64,000 nt of DNA from Selaginella moellendorffii (lineage: Eukaryota > Plantae > Lycopodiophyta), in contig NW_003314364.1 in the NCBI RefSeq assembly GCF_000143415.4, forward strand, positions 428,676 to 492,675, in the 5' to 3' direction. The position numbers and the translations under genes are program-made. A model generated the notes under the pieces. It made no database searches and was not told the origin of the DNA. It saw only the letters and a program-made list of their open reading frames with translations. Shown piece after piece: positions 1 to 12,392 of this stretch (within the stretch, counting starts at the first letter, position 1; each line of letters opens with the position of its first letter).

Positions 1-295
1 TTGAGAGACGAGACTGTGATGCAAGTGGTGTTAGACCACTGCGTGACCAAGGTGAAGGGGCATGGCATTAGCGTAACAAGCTGATATGTCGGTGGTACCT
101 TGGGGTGTCGGTCATGGGATCAGACACGTGGAGCACTTGGGCCAAGTGCAAAGGTTGAGTGGTGGGGATGCTATTCTCAGGACTAGCAAGCCTAAATCCA
201 GAATAGGACTTATGGCGGTTATGAGTAAGACGCCTCTAAGTGGTCGGAGGTGTGGTTAAGCAACTAAAGTAGAATGGAAAAATTAGTCATTTACA
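1..295 (+). mobile_element. Family A 5' LTR, 3' part (truncated by window start)
   Basis: Matches the end of the 20956-22736 LTR; ends ...AGTCATTTACA and is followed by a PBS. Confidence 0.9.
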
Positions 296-2021
296 ATTTG
301 GTATCAGAGTTGTTCGTTAGTTTAACTCTTATTGATGGCCAAGTATATCACCACTTGTATTAGAATTGGAAGGTCCTAAATATGGACCTATCCTTGAGGA
401 GTAGCATGTCGAGAGGATATGGCTCCCCACTCAAGTTCATGCATGAACTTGTGCGCAATATGGTGGAGTAAGGGAACAACTTTGGGATCTTGGGCCAGTA
501 AGGGAATAACTTTGGAATCTTGGGAACAATATAAGGTTTTCCTTAGAGAGTTGAGGATGTGATTCAGATGAGTGTTTGACTTAGCAAACTGGTTAATGTG
601 GTTGTGGTAAACAATTATAGTTGGGATCACGGGAGAGATAGAGACTCCAAAACAATAAAGGAGTCACAAGATTATCCTTATATAGTTGAGGTTGGTGCTC
701 ATGAATTTGAGACCAGAATTAAAGATCAAATATCGAAGAGGACACAAGTCCTTGAAATGGTAGCTAGGGTTACCTTTAATAAATGCTAGAACAACCTAAG
801 GAGTTGGGGGTGTACTTAGAGGATGAGTTGGTATTCTCATCATATGGATAAATAATCCTAAGGGGCAAAGATTGCCCACAGAGAACAAAATCAAGTGTCG
901 AAGTAACACTTGCAAAGATGGTCCTTCGGAGTAGAATAGGAATACAAGAAGTGTTAATTCTAGTGAGATAACACCTCAAAACTAGGACCTCACGGGTTAT
1001 TGGATTAACAAAGTCCAAAAATCTAAATGACTTAAGTAGAGTCAAAGAATGGTCTTAAGGGATTGCTAGGAGAATTTGGATTGAGGTGTGTTGTACTTTA
1101 CGAAGGATGAGGAGGATTATAAGATCCAAGTATGAGAACGGCAGGTATCTCATCGATGGTAGAATGTGCCATACTAAAATTATGGGAAAAATGTTCCTAG
1201 AAGAAAGCAACTTTGGCACAGAGTTGTGTGTGAACACTATGGTGCAGTGCTAACTGATAGTTGGCATGAGAAACGATTGCTTTCATCTTAGCAAAGACTC
1301 AGACACAAGTGGGAAGTAGTGTAAAGATAGGTTTGTAGAGCCAATGGTGTGGAGACACCAAATATGCCAAGGCGTGATGCCTTAAGGTCAAGTTGGCAGG
1401 TTCATGAAAACCCCTTCCCAAGGAATCATAATGGAAATGAAAATGGCATAGCCTAAGCTAGAAGGCATATGATTGGAGTGTGGTGACCTAAATAATGATA
1501 GAGGTGTGAAAGCACCAGCAATGAGTTGTAATACTTGACAAACTATGAGGCAAGTAAGCAAAAGGTGCAAAATAATTGGTGAAACTAGTAGAAGGTAACT
1601 ATTTAAAACTTTTTATTGGGATAAAGAAGTTAGATATACCCTAATGGGGGATAAATTACTTATATTGTGATGTAGTAAATCAATGTTGTAAAGGGAATGC
1701 TCATTATCAAAGAGGCCATCATTGGGACTCCTAAACACTCTAGAACACCAAAAGGTAGTGTTTGGTGTCATGAGGGCAATAGATAAAGCCCAAGGGACTA
1801 AATCCCTAACGAATGATGGATAGGAGGTGCTATCCAAACATCCAAGGTTGCAAAGACGGGAGAAGTCTGTTTACCAAAATTGGACAAATCCAAAAGTGGA
1901 ATTGTGGCAAGGCTAGTGATGGGCATATAAATGCTCATAAGTAGAAACGTTAATCCCGATATATGGGATTATAAGGTGAGCATACATGGATTGAGGAACC
2001 ACTCCTAGGATATTGGGTAAG
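296..2021 (+). mobile_element. Family A internal domain, diverged and truncated
   Basis: Colinear with 22737-24460; broken at 2022 by an inverted LTR. Confidence 0.85.
299..310 (+). other. Primer-binding site (tRNA-iMet type)
   Basis: TGGTATCAGAGT, 3 nt after the LTR end; the canonical plant iMet PBS is TGGTATCAGAGC. Confidence 0.9.
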
Positions 2022-4959
2022 TGTAAGCGACTAAATTTTCCATTCTTCTTTAGTCACTTAACCACACCTCCAACCACTTAGAGAAGTCTCACTCACAACC
2101 TCCCTAAATCTTATTTCAGACTTGGGCTTGCTAGCCCCGAGAATGGCATCCCCGCCACTCTACCTTTGCACTTAATCCAAGTGCTCCACGTGTCCGATCC
2201 CATGACCGACACCCCAAGGTACCACCGACATATCAGCCCGTTACGCTAAGGCCATGCCCCTTTACCTTGGTCACACTGGTGGTCTAACACCACCTGCATC
2301 ACAGCCCCATCTCTCAAGGGTTGGGCCATCCGTCCATGAGTGATCATTCTAGATCCACTCCTTAGCATCCTTAGGATGCCCACAGACATAGGGAATAGCT
2401 TTCCCCAATATCCCTTTTCTGGTCTTCACCAAGTCCCTTTCTGCCCATGGCCATGTTCGCCAACATTGCCACTGGATTGAGGCCCATTAAGAACAACCCA
2501 AGGAGTTGGGGGGTGTACTTAGAGATGAGTTGGTATTCTCATCACATGGACAAGTAGTCCTAAGGGGCAAAGGTTGCCCCCAGAGAACAAAATCAAGTGT
2601 CAGAGTAACACTTGTGAAAATAGTCCTTTTGAGTGGGACAAGAATGCAAGAAGTGTATTCCAGTGAGCTAGTGCCTCACAAGTAGGACATTACGGGTCTG
2701 TGGATTAACCAAGTCTAAAACTGCTGGATGACTCAAGTAGAGTCAAGGGATGGTCCTAAAAAGACTGATGGAAGCATTTGGACTGAGATGTGTTGTACCC
2801 TACAAAGGATGGGTGGAGGATCATGGGATCTAAGGATGAGAACAGAGGGTATCTCATCGATGGCAAAATGTGCCATGCTAAAGTCGTGGGAAAGGTGTTC
2901 CCAAAAAGAAACAACTTCGACACAAAGTTGTGTGTGACCTCTATAGTGCAGTGCTAACAGATGGTTGACATGAGAAAGAGTGGTATTGGTCTTGGCAAAG
3001 ACTTAGACACAAAGAAGAAGTATCATAGAGGTAGGCTCGTGGAGCCAATTGTATGGAGACACCAAATGTGCCAAGGTGTGATACCTTGAGGCTATGGTGG
3101 TGGGTTCATGAGAACCCCTTGCCAAAGGAATCCCAATAGAAATGGGAATGGCATATCCTAAGCTGCAGAGCATGCAGTTGGAGTGTGGTGACCCAGATAA
3201 TGATGGAGGTGTGGAAGCACCAGCAATGAGTTGTAGGACTTGACAACTACGAGACAACTAAACAAGAGGTGCAAAATAATTGGTTAAACGGGTAAAACGT
3301 AGCTACCCAAGCCTTCTTAATGGCATAGGGAAGTTGGATATACCCTTACGGGGGATTAGTTGTTTATGTTGCGATATAGTAAATTAATGTCATAAAAGGA
3401 AATACTCATTGTCAAGGAAGCTGTCATTGGGACACCCAAACACTCTAGAACACCAGGAGGTGGTGTTTGATGTCGCGAGGGCAGTAGATAAGGCCCAAGG
3501 GACTAAGTCCCTAACGAATGATGGATAGTAGGTGCTATCCAAATGTCCAAGATGGCAGAGACAGGAGAAGACTGTCTACTCGAATTGGACAAAGCCAAAA
3601 ATGGAATTTTGGCAAGGCTAGTGATGGGCATGCAAAGGCCCGTATGCAACAATGTAATCCCGGTGTGTGGGATTATAGGGTGAGCATACCTGGATTGAGG
3701 AACCACTCCCTAGGCTATCGGGTAGATTCATCCCTAAGAATACTTGCTAAGGCATGATAGAAAGTGCAAAGCTATCCTCCTGGTCTGGAGGAGAATGACC
3801 GAAGGAAAGGTGTGAAGCCAAAAGCAAGAAGTAAGGGGATAGAACCGAACCATAGGAATCGAAGGGCATAACCAAGGTTGGTTATGCCAGCTGGGAGTGG
3901 AGAATCAAGTGGGGGCTCGAGGGTGTTGCCGCTAGCAACCGTGATACTATGGAGAGTCTAAAATATGGAATTGTCCATGTTAGACTATGTGATAATCGAA
4001 AAGCTTGCAAAAAGGGAGGCTTTAGAGTTCCTTTAAAGTTCCCAAAGAAGATTCTAGGTAGCTTAGTACCTAGAAAGGCCAAGCGTAAATGGTTCAAGGA
4101 ACGCGCGAAATCAGAGTGGCGCAGCAGAAGCATGGTCTTGAAGCTTGCCATGAGGTAAGGCTATCAAGGTTAGGGAAGTAGTTCTCAAGTGTTCAAAGAG
4201 AGGGCTTTGAACGAAAGTCAATGATCAAGGGCTTTCACGCTTGTGCAGGAACCATGTTACAGTGGTCGGAGGACTTGCCAAATCGAGATTGGCAAGTCAG
4301 GGGAACAAATACCCTAGTTGAAGGTGATAACTTCAAAAAGGGTGGGCCATGGGGCCAAGCATGGAGAAGTCCATGCATGATCACAGGCTTGTCAAGTGAG
4401 AGGACTTAGCAGCAGGGAGGAACTAGGTATAACACTGGGTATGGCCTTCTTGGGCCAAACTGGCCTTTCCTAGAAATTGGCTCCACTGGACTCCAATCAC
4501 CACACTCTCCTTACTATATTTTTGGAACCCCCCATAGCCCCCCACAACCCCTAATCACTTTGGGCTTTCACCCAACTGCCTGTATTAGTATTCGGACTCG
4601 GATTCGGACTTGGACTTAGTCTCGGTCCTGTTCTCAGACTTGGACTCAGTCTTGGTCTCAGTCCCGGTTCCATCTCGAACTCCATCTTAGGTTCATCTCG
4701 GACTCCATCTCGGACTCCATCTCGGACACTTCCACGTGTCATATTTTGGTCCTCTTGTGTCCTTTTTTTAGAGACTCACTCATTGCTCACTTCATGCTTG
4801 TTCCTCGAGCACTTCATTGGGAGTTCCACTCCCACTTTCAACCTTTTCAAGTTAGAGCTTTTAATCCAAACGTGTTACGCTCGTTTGGCTTTTACTTCAG
4901 CCACTACCACGTGACGCCCTTTCAGCTCCACTTTGGGCTTAGGGATTTTATGTCTCACA
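2022..4959 (-). mobile_element. Rearranged inverted family A LTR: termini at 2022-2486 and 4431-4959, middle replaced by a + strand internal fragment (2487-4430)
   Basis: TGTAAGCGAC at 2022 and TGTCTCACA ending at 4959 are the two LTR termini; 2491-4428 is colinear with about 23223-25174; no TSD. Confidence 0.8.
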
Positions 4960-7900
4960 TTGTATTGGCATTGGAAGACCCCAAAAGTGAGACTGTCCTC
5001 GAGGAGTAGCATGTCGAGATGGCATGAGTCTCCACTTTAGTTCATATGCAAACATGTAGGCAACATGGTGGATAAAAAAGAGCCAATAAAGGAACAATTT
5101 TAGGATCTTGAGAATAATATAAAGTTTTTCTTAAAGAGTTGAGGATGTGATTTAGATAAGCATTTAACTTAGCAAACTGACAATTATGGTTGTGGTAAAC
5201 AACTATAGTTAGGATCACGAAAAGGATGAAGACTCTGAGATAATAAAGGAGTCATAGGATTAATAAAGGTCGGAATAGCCCAAGGAGTTAGAGATGTACT
5301 TAGAGGATGTCAATATTCTCATCATATGGACAAATAATCCTATGATGCAAAAGTAGCTCATATGGAACAAAAAATAATCAAGTGTCGAAGTAACACTTAT
5401 AAAAATGGTCCTTATGAGTAGGACATGAATACAAGAAGTGGTATTTTAGCGAGTGCATCTCAAAAGTAGCCATGAGGCTAGGACCTTATAGATCGTCAGA
5501 TTAGCAAAGTCCAAAAGCTAGATGACTTAAGTGGAGTCAAGGAATAGTCCTAAAGGATTGGTTGAAGCATTTGGATTGAGGTGTGTTGTACTTTACAAAG
5601 AATGAAGAAGATCATAAGATCTAAGTATGATAATAATAGGCATTTCATTGATGGCAAAATATGCTATACTAAAGTTGTTGAAAAAAGGTGTCTATGGAAA
5701 AAAACAACTTTGGCAAAGAGTTATGTGTGAATGTTAATTGATAATTGCTAGAAGAAATGACTACTATTATATTAGCAAGACCTAGACACAAGTGGAAGTG
5801 TTGTAAGAGTAAACTCATAAAGCTGATGGTGTGGAGACACCAAATGTGCCAAGATGTGATTTCTTAAGATCAAATTAGTTAGTTCATGAGAACCCTTTGC
5901 CAAAGGAATCCCAATGAAAATGGGATTGGCATAACTTAAGCTAAAAGGCATATTATTTGAGTGCGGTGACCCAAATAATGATGGATGTGTGGAAGCGATA
6001 ACAATGAATTATAGGACTTAACAAGTATGAGGCAACTAAGCAAAAGGTGTAACATAATTTATTGGATTGGTAAAAGTTAATTTCCCAAGACTTTTTATTG
6101 GGATATGGAAGTTAGATATATTCTTTAAACTAATAAATTAATTATATTGTAATATAGTCAATTTTGTAAAGAGAAATACTCATTATCAAAGAAGGCTATC
6201 ATTAGGACACCTAAACACTCTAAAACTCCAAGTGGTGTTTGGTATTATAAAGGTATTTGATAAAGCCCAAGGGACTAAGTCCCTAGCGAATAATGGATAG
6301 TAGATACTATCCAATATCCAAGATTGCAAAGACATGAGAAGTTTGTCTATCCAAATTGAATAAATCCAAAAAGGATTTTGGTAAAGCTAGTGACGAGTAT
6401 ATAAAGGCCTATAAGTAGCAACATTAATCTTGATGTATGGGATTACAAGGTGAGCATATCTAGATTGTGAAACCACTCCCTAGGATATCAAGTATGTTCA
6501 TCCCTATGAATATTTGCTAAGTCATGGTAGAAAGTGCAAAGCTATCCTCCTAGTCTTGAGGAGAATAACAGAAGGAAACATGTGAGGCCAAAAACAAGTA
6601 GTAAATGGATAGAATTAGATTATAATAATCAAAGGGTATAACTAAGAGTAGTTATACAAGTTGGGAGTGGAGAATCATGCCAGCAATTATGATACTATGG
6701 AAAGTCTAAAGTATGGAATTGTCCATGTTAAACCATATGGCAATTAGAAAGCTTGTGAAAAGAGAAGCCTTAGCAAGCTAATGGATAGGATCCCTTTAAT
6801 ATTTCTAAAGACAATTCTCGGTAGATTGATACCTAAAAAGATAAGTGTAAATGGTTCATAGGATTATACGAAATTAGTGGTGCAACAAAAGCATAGTTTT
6901 GAAGCTTGTTATGAGGCAAGGCTATCAAGGTTAGGGAACTAATTCCCAAGTGTTTAAAGAGATGGCTTTGAATGAAAGTCAATAGTTAAAGACTTTCATA
7001 CTTATATATGAAACCATGTTATATTGGCCAAATGACTTATTAAGCTTCAAAAGAGATGGCTTATAGGGCCAAGTATGGAAAAGTTCATGCATGATCACAA
7101 ACTTGTCAAATGAGAGGACTTAGCAATTCAGAGGAATTAAATTCCTAAGTTGTGATCTATAACGTGCTTTGGGTATAAGTTGGTGCACATGCATAAGGAG
7201 TTATGCCAAACATCCTAGGTAATGTTGTTTGTAGATGCATGTACGAAGGTTACATTTGAGTTCCAACCCTCTAGTGCTTGGGTTCGAGTTCCAACTCACT
7301 AGGGCGTAGCGATGGTTTGGAATACAAGGACACTCATTTTGGTGGTTATGGACTTTCAATAAAGAGACTAGCTTAAGCACACTACTAAGTAGAAGATGCC
7401 CTAGAGTCATGATGCACAGTTAGATTGCTTAGTGTAAAAGCTCGACATATATAACTTGAACACTTTGGTGCAAGTGGCATCAAAGACGTGGTGGATGAAA
7501 TGGGGACACCCAATCTTAATTGCTATAGACCTTTGGTCAAAAGGGCTAGCTTTGGCTTACCACCAAGTGTTGGGGATACCCCTAGGGTTATAATCAACAA
7601 TTAAAGGTTTAGAAAACCTAGAACCTATTGGCAGACATGTTAAGGTGTCAAGATAAGATCACTAAGTGATCTTGTGGCTAAACAAGGACAAAGTCCTTGT
7701 TTGGTTAAAGAATAAAATTTCTAGTTCAAAGTGTTGATTTGAACTATTAGTAATGGTGTGACTTGGTCAAGATGACTAAGTCAGAAGGACACATAAAGGA
7801 AATGAGCTATGTTAATGCAATGGCATAGTGAGTCCAAGAAAATAGTCTTTAGGAAAGACTCATAGGAAGGTCACAAAGTTGGGCTGTGGATAGAGCCTAT

Positions 7901-8206
7901 AACAAAAAATGTTAACGAGACCTATTAGGGGTGAACACCCTCTACACTTAGCAAAGTAGAGTCTTTGTTATAGAATTACAAAGATACCTTGAGGATGGAG
8001 GTAGTGATCTTATATTGCTTAGTACAACAATCAAAAGATAGGAGCAAAAGGGTAGTGGCCAACATTGGGCCATGGAAATCATTGGAACGAATCTAAATAA
8101 CAACGTTAAGCAAAGAACACTCATATGTTCACATGTTCATACATTGTGGCACAGAAACTTTCTCTCTAAAACTGGATCCTCAAATGCTCCATTTTGACAC
8201 ACGTGA

Positions 8207-8798
8207 TGTCAGCAACCAAACAGAACGACTCGAGAAATGGTCCATAGGGTTTAAATATAGAGGGAAAGGGCCCATGAATAAAAGTGCACCCTCTTTTCTA
8301 ATCAGTTAAGGGTTTTATGATATTTGGGGTTAAGCATCTTTAGGTTTGAATAGTACTAGGATAAATGACCTCTTAAGAAGTCTAAATTTAGGATACATTT
8401 GGTATCAGAGATAGGTTTTGGCTCCAACTCTATTAATTAACTAGGGGAATTGTACCACATGCTAATTGACATCTAGTAAGTCTAGTTTGCTTTGGCTAGG
8501 CTCGACCCAAGGGATAGGGTGTTAAGAGAGTGGGGCTCTCAAGAGAGTTGTGACTCTTAACTTCCATTCACGAAGGCGTGAAGTTATAGAGAAGCGTGGT
8601 GGATTGTTAGCAACCAAAGAAAACAACTCAAGAGATAGTTTATAAGGTTCAAATATAAAGGGAAAAGGCCTATGAATAAGAGTGCACCCCTTTTTCTAAT
8701 CAGTTAAGGGTTTTAGGATACTTAAGGTTATGTGTCTTTGGGTTTAAATAATACCGGGATGAGTGATCTTTTAGAAAGTCCAAATTCAAGAGCTTATA
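8207..8798 (+). mobile_element. Cassandra-type TRIM: LTRs 8207-8397 and 8605-8798, PBS 8400-8410, ~200 bp internal region, PPT before 8605
   Basis: Two ~190-bp direct repeats starting TGTCAGCAACC / TGTTAGCAACC; PBS TGGTATCAGAG; near-TSD CGTGA/GGTGA; each LTR carries a 5S rRNA-like core. Confidence 0.85.
8328..8382 (+). promoter_or_regulatory. 5S rDNA-derived Pol III internal control region (box A, intermediate element, box C) in the Cassandra LTR
   Basis: GGTTAAGCATCTTTAGGTTTGAATAGTACTAGGATAAATGACCTCTTAAGAAGTC versus plant 5S AGTTAAGCGTGCTTGGGCGAGAGTAGTACTAGGATGGGTGACCTCCTGGGAAGTC; TAGTACTAGGAT is exact. Confidence 0.8.
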
Positions 8799-10778
8799 GG
8801 TGAAAATTTCAATAGAGGGAGTGGCAATAAAGCCAAATGATAAGGCCGTGGACAACCCTAACACAAATCATGGATAAGTGGAACTTAGTGCCTAGAATGG
8901 CACGAAATAGAAGAGAGGATGATAGTGCCTTTATATAAAGAACTTCATAAAATGAGTTCATAATATGGAGTTTACACAATATGTGCAATGCAAGGTGTCA
9001 AACACACCCTGAAAATTGATCTCAAGAAGTCAAAATTAAAAATTTTAAAGTGTGATGCTTATATTGATAGAAGCTGAAACTACTCAAGAATGAATAGTTG
9101 GATTGAGATAAAAGTGCCTTTAACAGGTTTAGTGAGAACTTAACCAAATAAAGGGATAAAGCCACTACAAGTGGTCTAATTAGTCTCTAAGTTAGAGAGA
9201 CTATATTCCTTAGAGGATGGGCAAGGCATGGTAAACCTTCAATGCTGAATCATTGATGAATTTTGGCTTGGTACTAAAGATGAAAAGAGTAATATATAAT
9301 GGTGTTACTTTATAAAATGATTTATTGTTCGATGATAACATCGAACTTCATCTATGGGTGGTGGAGTTTTGAGACACAAATCCGTGAGCCCTAAAGTGGA
9401 GCCAAAAAGGTGCCACATGGTAGTGGTCAAAGCGGAAGTCCAACAAATATAACATGTTTGAACCAAAGGTTTCAACTTGGAAAGTTGAGAGTGGGAGTGG
9501 AACTCCAAACGAAGTGTTCAAGGGATAAGCACAAAACAATTGGTGAATGAGTCTCTAAAATATGACACAAGAAGGATTGATACATGGCAAGTGTTGCGAC
9601 ATATGGAAGTGTCAAGAAAGAGTTTGAAAAGGAGTCCAAGATGGAGTCCAATATGGACCCAAAATGGAGTCTGAAATGGAGTCCAAAAAGGAGTCCAAGA
9701 AGGAGTTCAAAATGGAGTCTAATATGGACCTAAGATGGAGTCCGAAACAGAGTCTGATAAGAACTTGAAATGGACCCAAGATGGAGTCTGAGATGGAGTC
9801 CAAAACGGAGTCCAAGATGGACTCTAAGATGGAGTCTGATATGGAGTCCAAGATGGATTTGAATGGAGTCTGAGATCAAATCCAAGATAGACCTAAGTGG
9901 AGTTTGAGGTCGAGGCCAAGAAAGAGACTAAAAGCGAGACTGAGACCAAGACCAAGACCGAGATTGAGACCGAGATTGAGACTGAGACCGAGTCCGAATC
10001 CAATTCTAAGGGTGAAAACCCAAAGCAATCATCTCCTAAACCCTAAGGGGTTTGATGAGCTCTAAAAGTAAAGTAGGGGGAGGACTTTAGTAGAGCCAAT
10101 TTGGCTAAGAAAGGCTAGTGTGACTAAGGAAGGCTATACCCACATGTTGGGTGATGATATATCCATTGAGGAGTCCAAAGCTAAAGTGAATACAAACAGA
10201 TAAATATGGTAGCTTGATAAAGTGTTCAAGAGGTGACTCTAGCTCCCTTAGGAGATTGGCTAGTCAATGTTCCCAATCCAAGTGTGGTTGGCACTACCTA
10301 CTTGGATACTTAGTGTGGCTCATTAGAACTTTTCTTTAGCTATATGGCTAGGGCACTCAAAGGTGGAAGGTGGGGAGAGTACTTACAAGGCTCGCATAGG
10401 GCAATAGTGTTTCAAAATATCGTCCTAAAATTTTGGATTATGGAAAGGAAGAGGAGTAGTCCTCTGGTATAGTGACCAAGGATACAATCATATGGTGAGG
10501 AAGTCTAGAGATCAGTGGGACTTAGTGGTTGGGCCTTTAAGCCTTGACCCAGTTGTGGTGTTGGCGAGCACAGCCGTGGATGGAAAGGGACTTCGTGGGA
10601 ATGGAAGAAGGGACATTTGGGAAGGGTGTTCCCTGTGTCTCCAAGCATCTTAAGGGTGATAAGGTGTGGTCAAGGAATGACCACTCATGGAGGGATGACC
10701 TAGTCTTTGAGAGACATGACCATGATGCAATTGATCTTGGACTACCAATGTGATAAGAGTGTATAGGTATAGCCTTAG

Positions 10779-11115
10779 TGTTGAGATCCGCTCAGATCTC
10801 CTGGCACGAATCACCAATATATTCCATGGAAAAGAAATATAAGGATCTTTCAGTGGGAACCACTTCTTCCCGCAACAGCTGAGGGACCAGCAGACAATTT
10901 TTTGAGAGGGGTGTGATGTTAGGAAGCATTCTCATCGCTTCTATGGATGGTTTTGGCCTGGACAATTTAGGCTTGGTGAGCATAGTACGGCAAGGATTCC
11001 TCATAAAAGGAGGGAGTCTCTCTCCTCTTTTGATTTCTCTCTTTTTCCTCCTTGTATTTCTTTTCCATGGAATATATTGGTGATTCCTGCCAGGAGACTT
11101 GGGTGGATCTCAACA
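10779..11115 (+). mobile_element. Family B LTR (337 bp, TG..CA) with 67-bp terminal inverted repeats
   Basis: 10779-10845 is the reverse complement of 11049-11115 (61/67 by eye); TATA-like CATAAAAGG near 11002; PBS-like TGGTATTGGAGC at 11117-11128. Confidence 0.65.
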
Positions 11116-11886
11116 GTGGTATTGGAGCAACACTACTGATTTGTGAGACACAAAATCCCTAGTCCCCAAAGTGGAGCCGAAAAGGGTGCCACGTGGTAGT
11201 GGCCGAAGCGAAAGCCAAACGAGCATAACACGTTTGGACTAAAAGCTCCGACTTGGAAGGTCAAGAGCGGGAGTGGAACTCCCAACAAAGTGCTCGAGGA
11301 GCAAGCACGAGGCAACCAATAAGAAAGGCTCCAAAAAGGGACCCAAAAAGGACCAACACATGACACATGGAAGAGTCCGATATGGAGTCCAAAGTGGAGT
11401 CTGAGATGGAGTCCGATATGGAGTCCGAGATGGACCCGAAGTGGAGTCCGATATGGAGTCCGATATGGAGTCCAAGATGGAGTCCGAGATGGACCCGAAG
11501 TGGAGTCCGATATGGAGTTCGAGATGGAGTCCGATATGGAGTCCGAGATGGAGTCCGAGATGGACCCGAAGTGGAGTCCGAGATGGACCCGAGATGGAGT
11601 CCGAGATGGACCCGAGATGGAGTCCGAGATGGACCCGAAGTGGAGTCCGAGATGGACCCGAGATGGAGTCCGAGATGGACCCGAGATGGAGTCCGAGATG
11701 GACCTGAGATGGAGTCCGAGATGGACCCGAGATGGAGTCTGAGATGGACCCGAGATGGAGTCCGAGATGGACCTGAGATGGAGTCCGAGATGGACCTGAG
11801 ATGGAGTCCGAGATGGACCCAAGATGGAGTCCGAGATGGACCCGAGATAGAGTCCGAGATGGAGTCCGAGATGGAATCGAGACCGG

Positions 11887-11917
<31 letters not shown>

Positions 11918-12074
11918 TCCGAGTCCGAGTCCAAATCCGGGACCAAGACTGAGTCTGAGTCCGAGTCCGAGTCCGAGTCCGAGTCCGAGTCCGGAGCCTG
12001 AGAGGGTGAAAGCCCAAAGCGTTCGTCTCCCAGACCCTGGGGGGTTTGGTGAGCTCCAAAAGTATAGTAGGGGG

Positions 12075-12174
12075 NNNNNNNNNNNNNNNNNNNNNNNNNN
12101 NNNNNNNNNNNNNNNNNNNNNNNNNNNNNNNNNNNNNNNNNNNNNNNNNNNNNNNNNNNNNNNNNNNNNNNNNN
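12075..12174. other. Assembly gap (100 N)
   Basis: Run of N. Confidence 1.
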
Positions 12175-12392
12175 TTGGGAAGTCCAAGACTAGAGTGAAC
12201 ACGGACCGACAAGCGGGGTAGCTTGGTGAAGTGTTCAAGAGCCGGCTCTAGTTCCCCCGGGAGATCGACTGGTCGATGCTCCCAGTCCAAGTGTGGGTGG
12301 CACTACCTACTTGGATACCAGGCGTGCCTCAACGGAACCTCGCTCTAAGCCCATGGCTAGAGCACCCAAGGGCGGAAGGCGGGGAGAGTACT

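Larger units (their letters stand above)
4960..10778 (+). mobile_element. Old AT-decayed family A element: internal domain 4960-9367, PPT ~9353-9367, 3' LTR 9368-10778 (interrupted)
   Basis: Colinear with about 22798-28383; TATGGGTGGTGGAGT precedes TTTGAGACAC (mutated TGTGAGACAC); many C>T and G>A changes. Confidence 0.85.

Noticed and set aside
8328-8382. Functional 5S rRNA gene
   Set aside because: Only a diverged ~55-nt core inside an LTR; the 5' part and terminator are absent.
11375-11995. CRISPR-like or telomeric array
   Set aside because: Tandem units without unique spacers, no TTTAGGG, eukaryotic LTR context.
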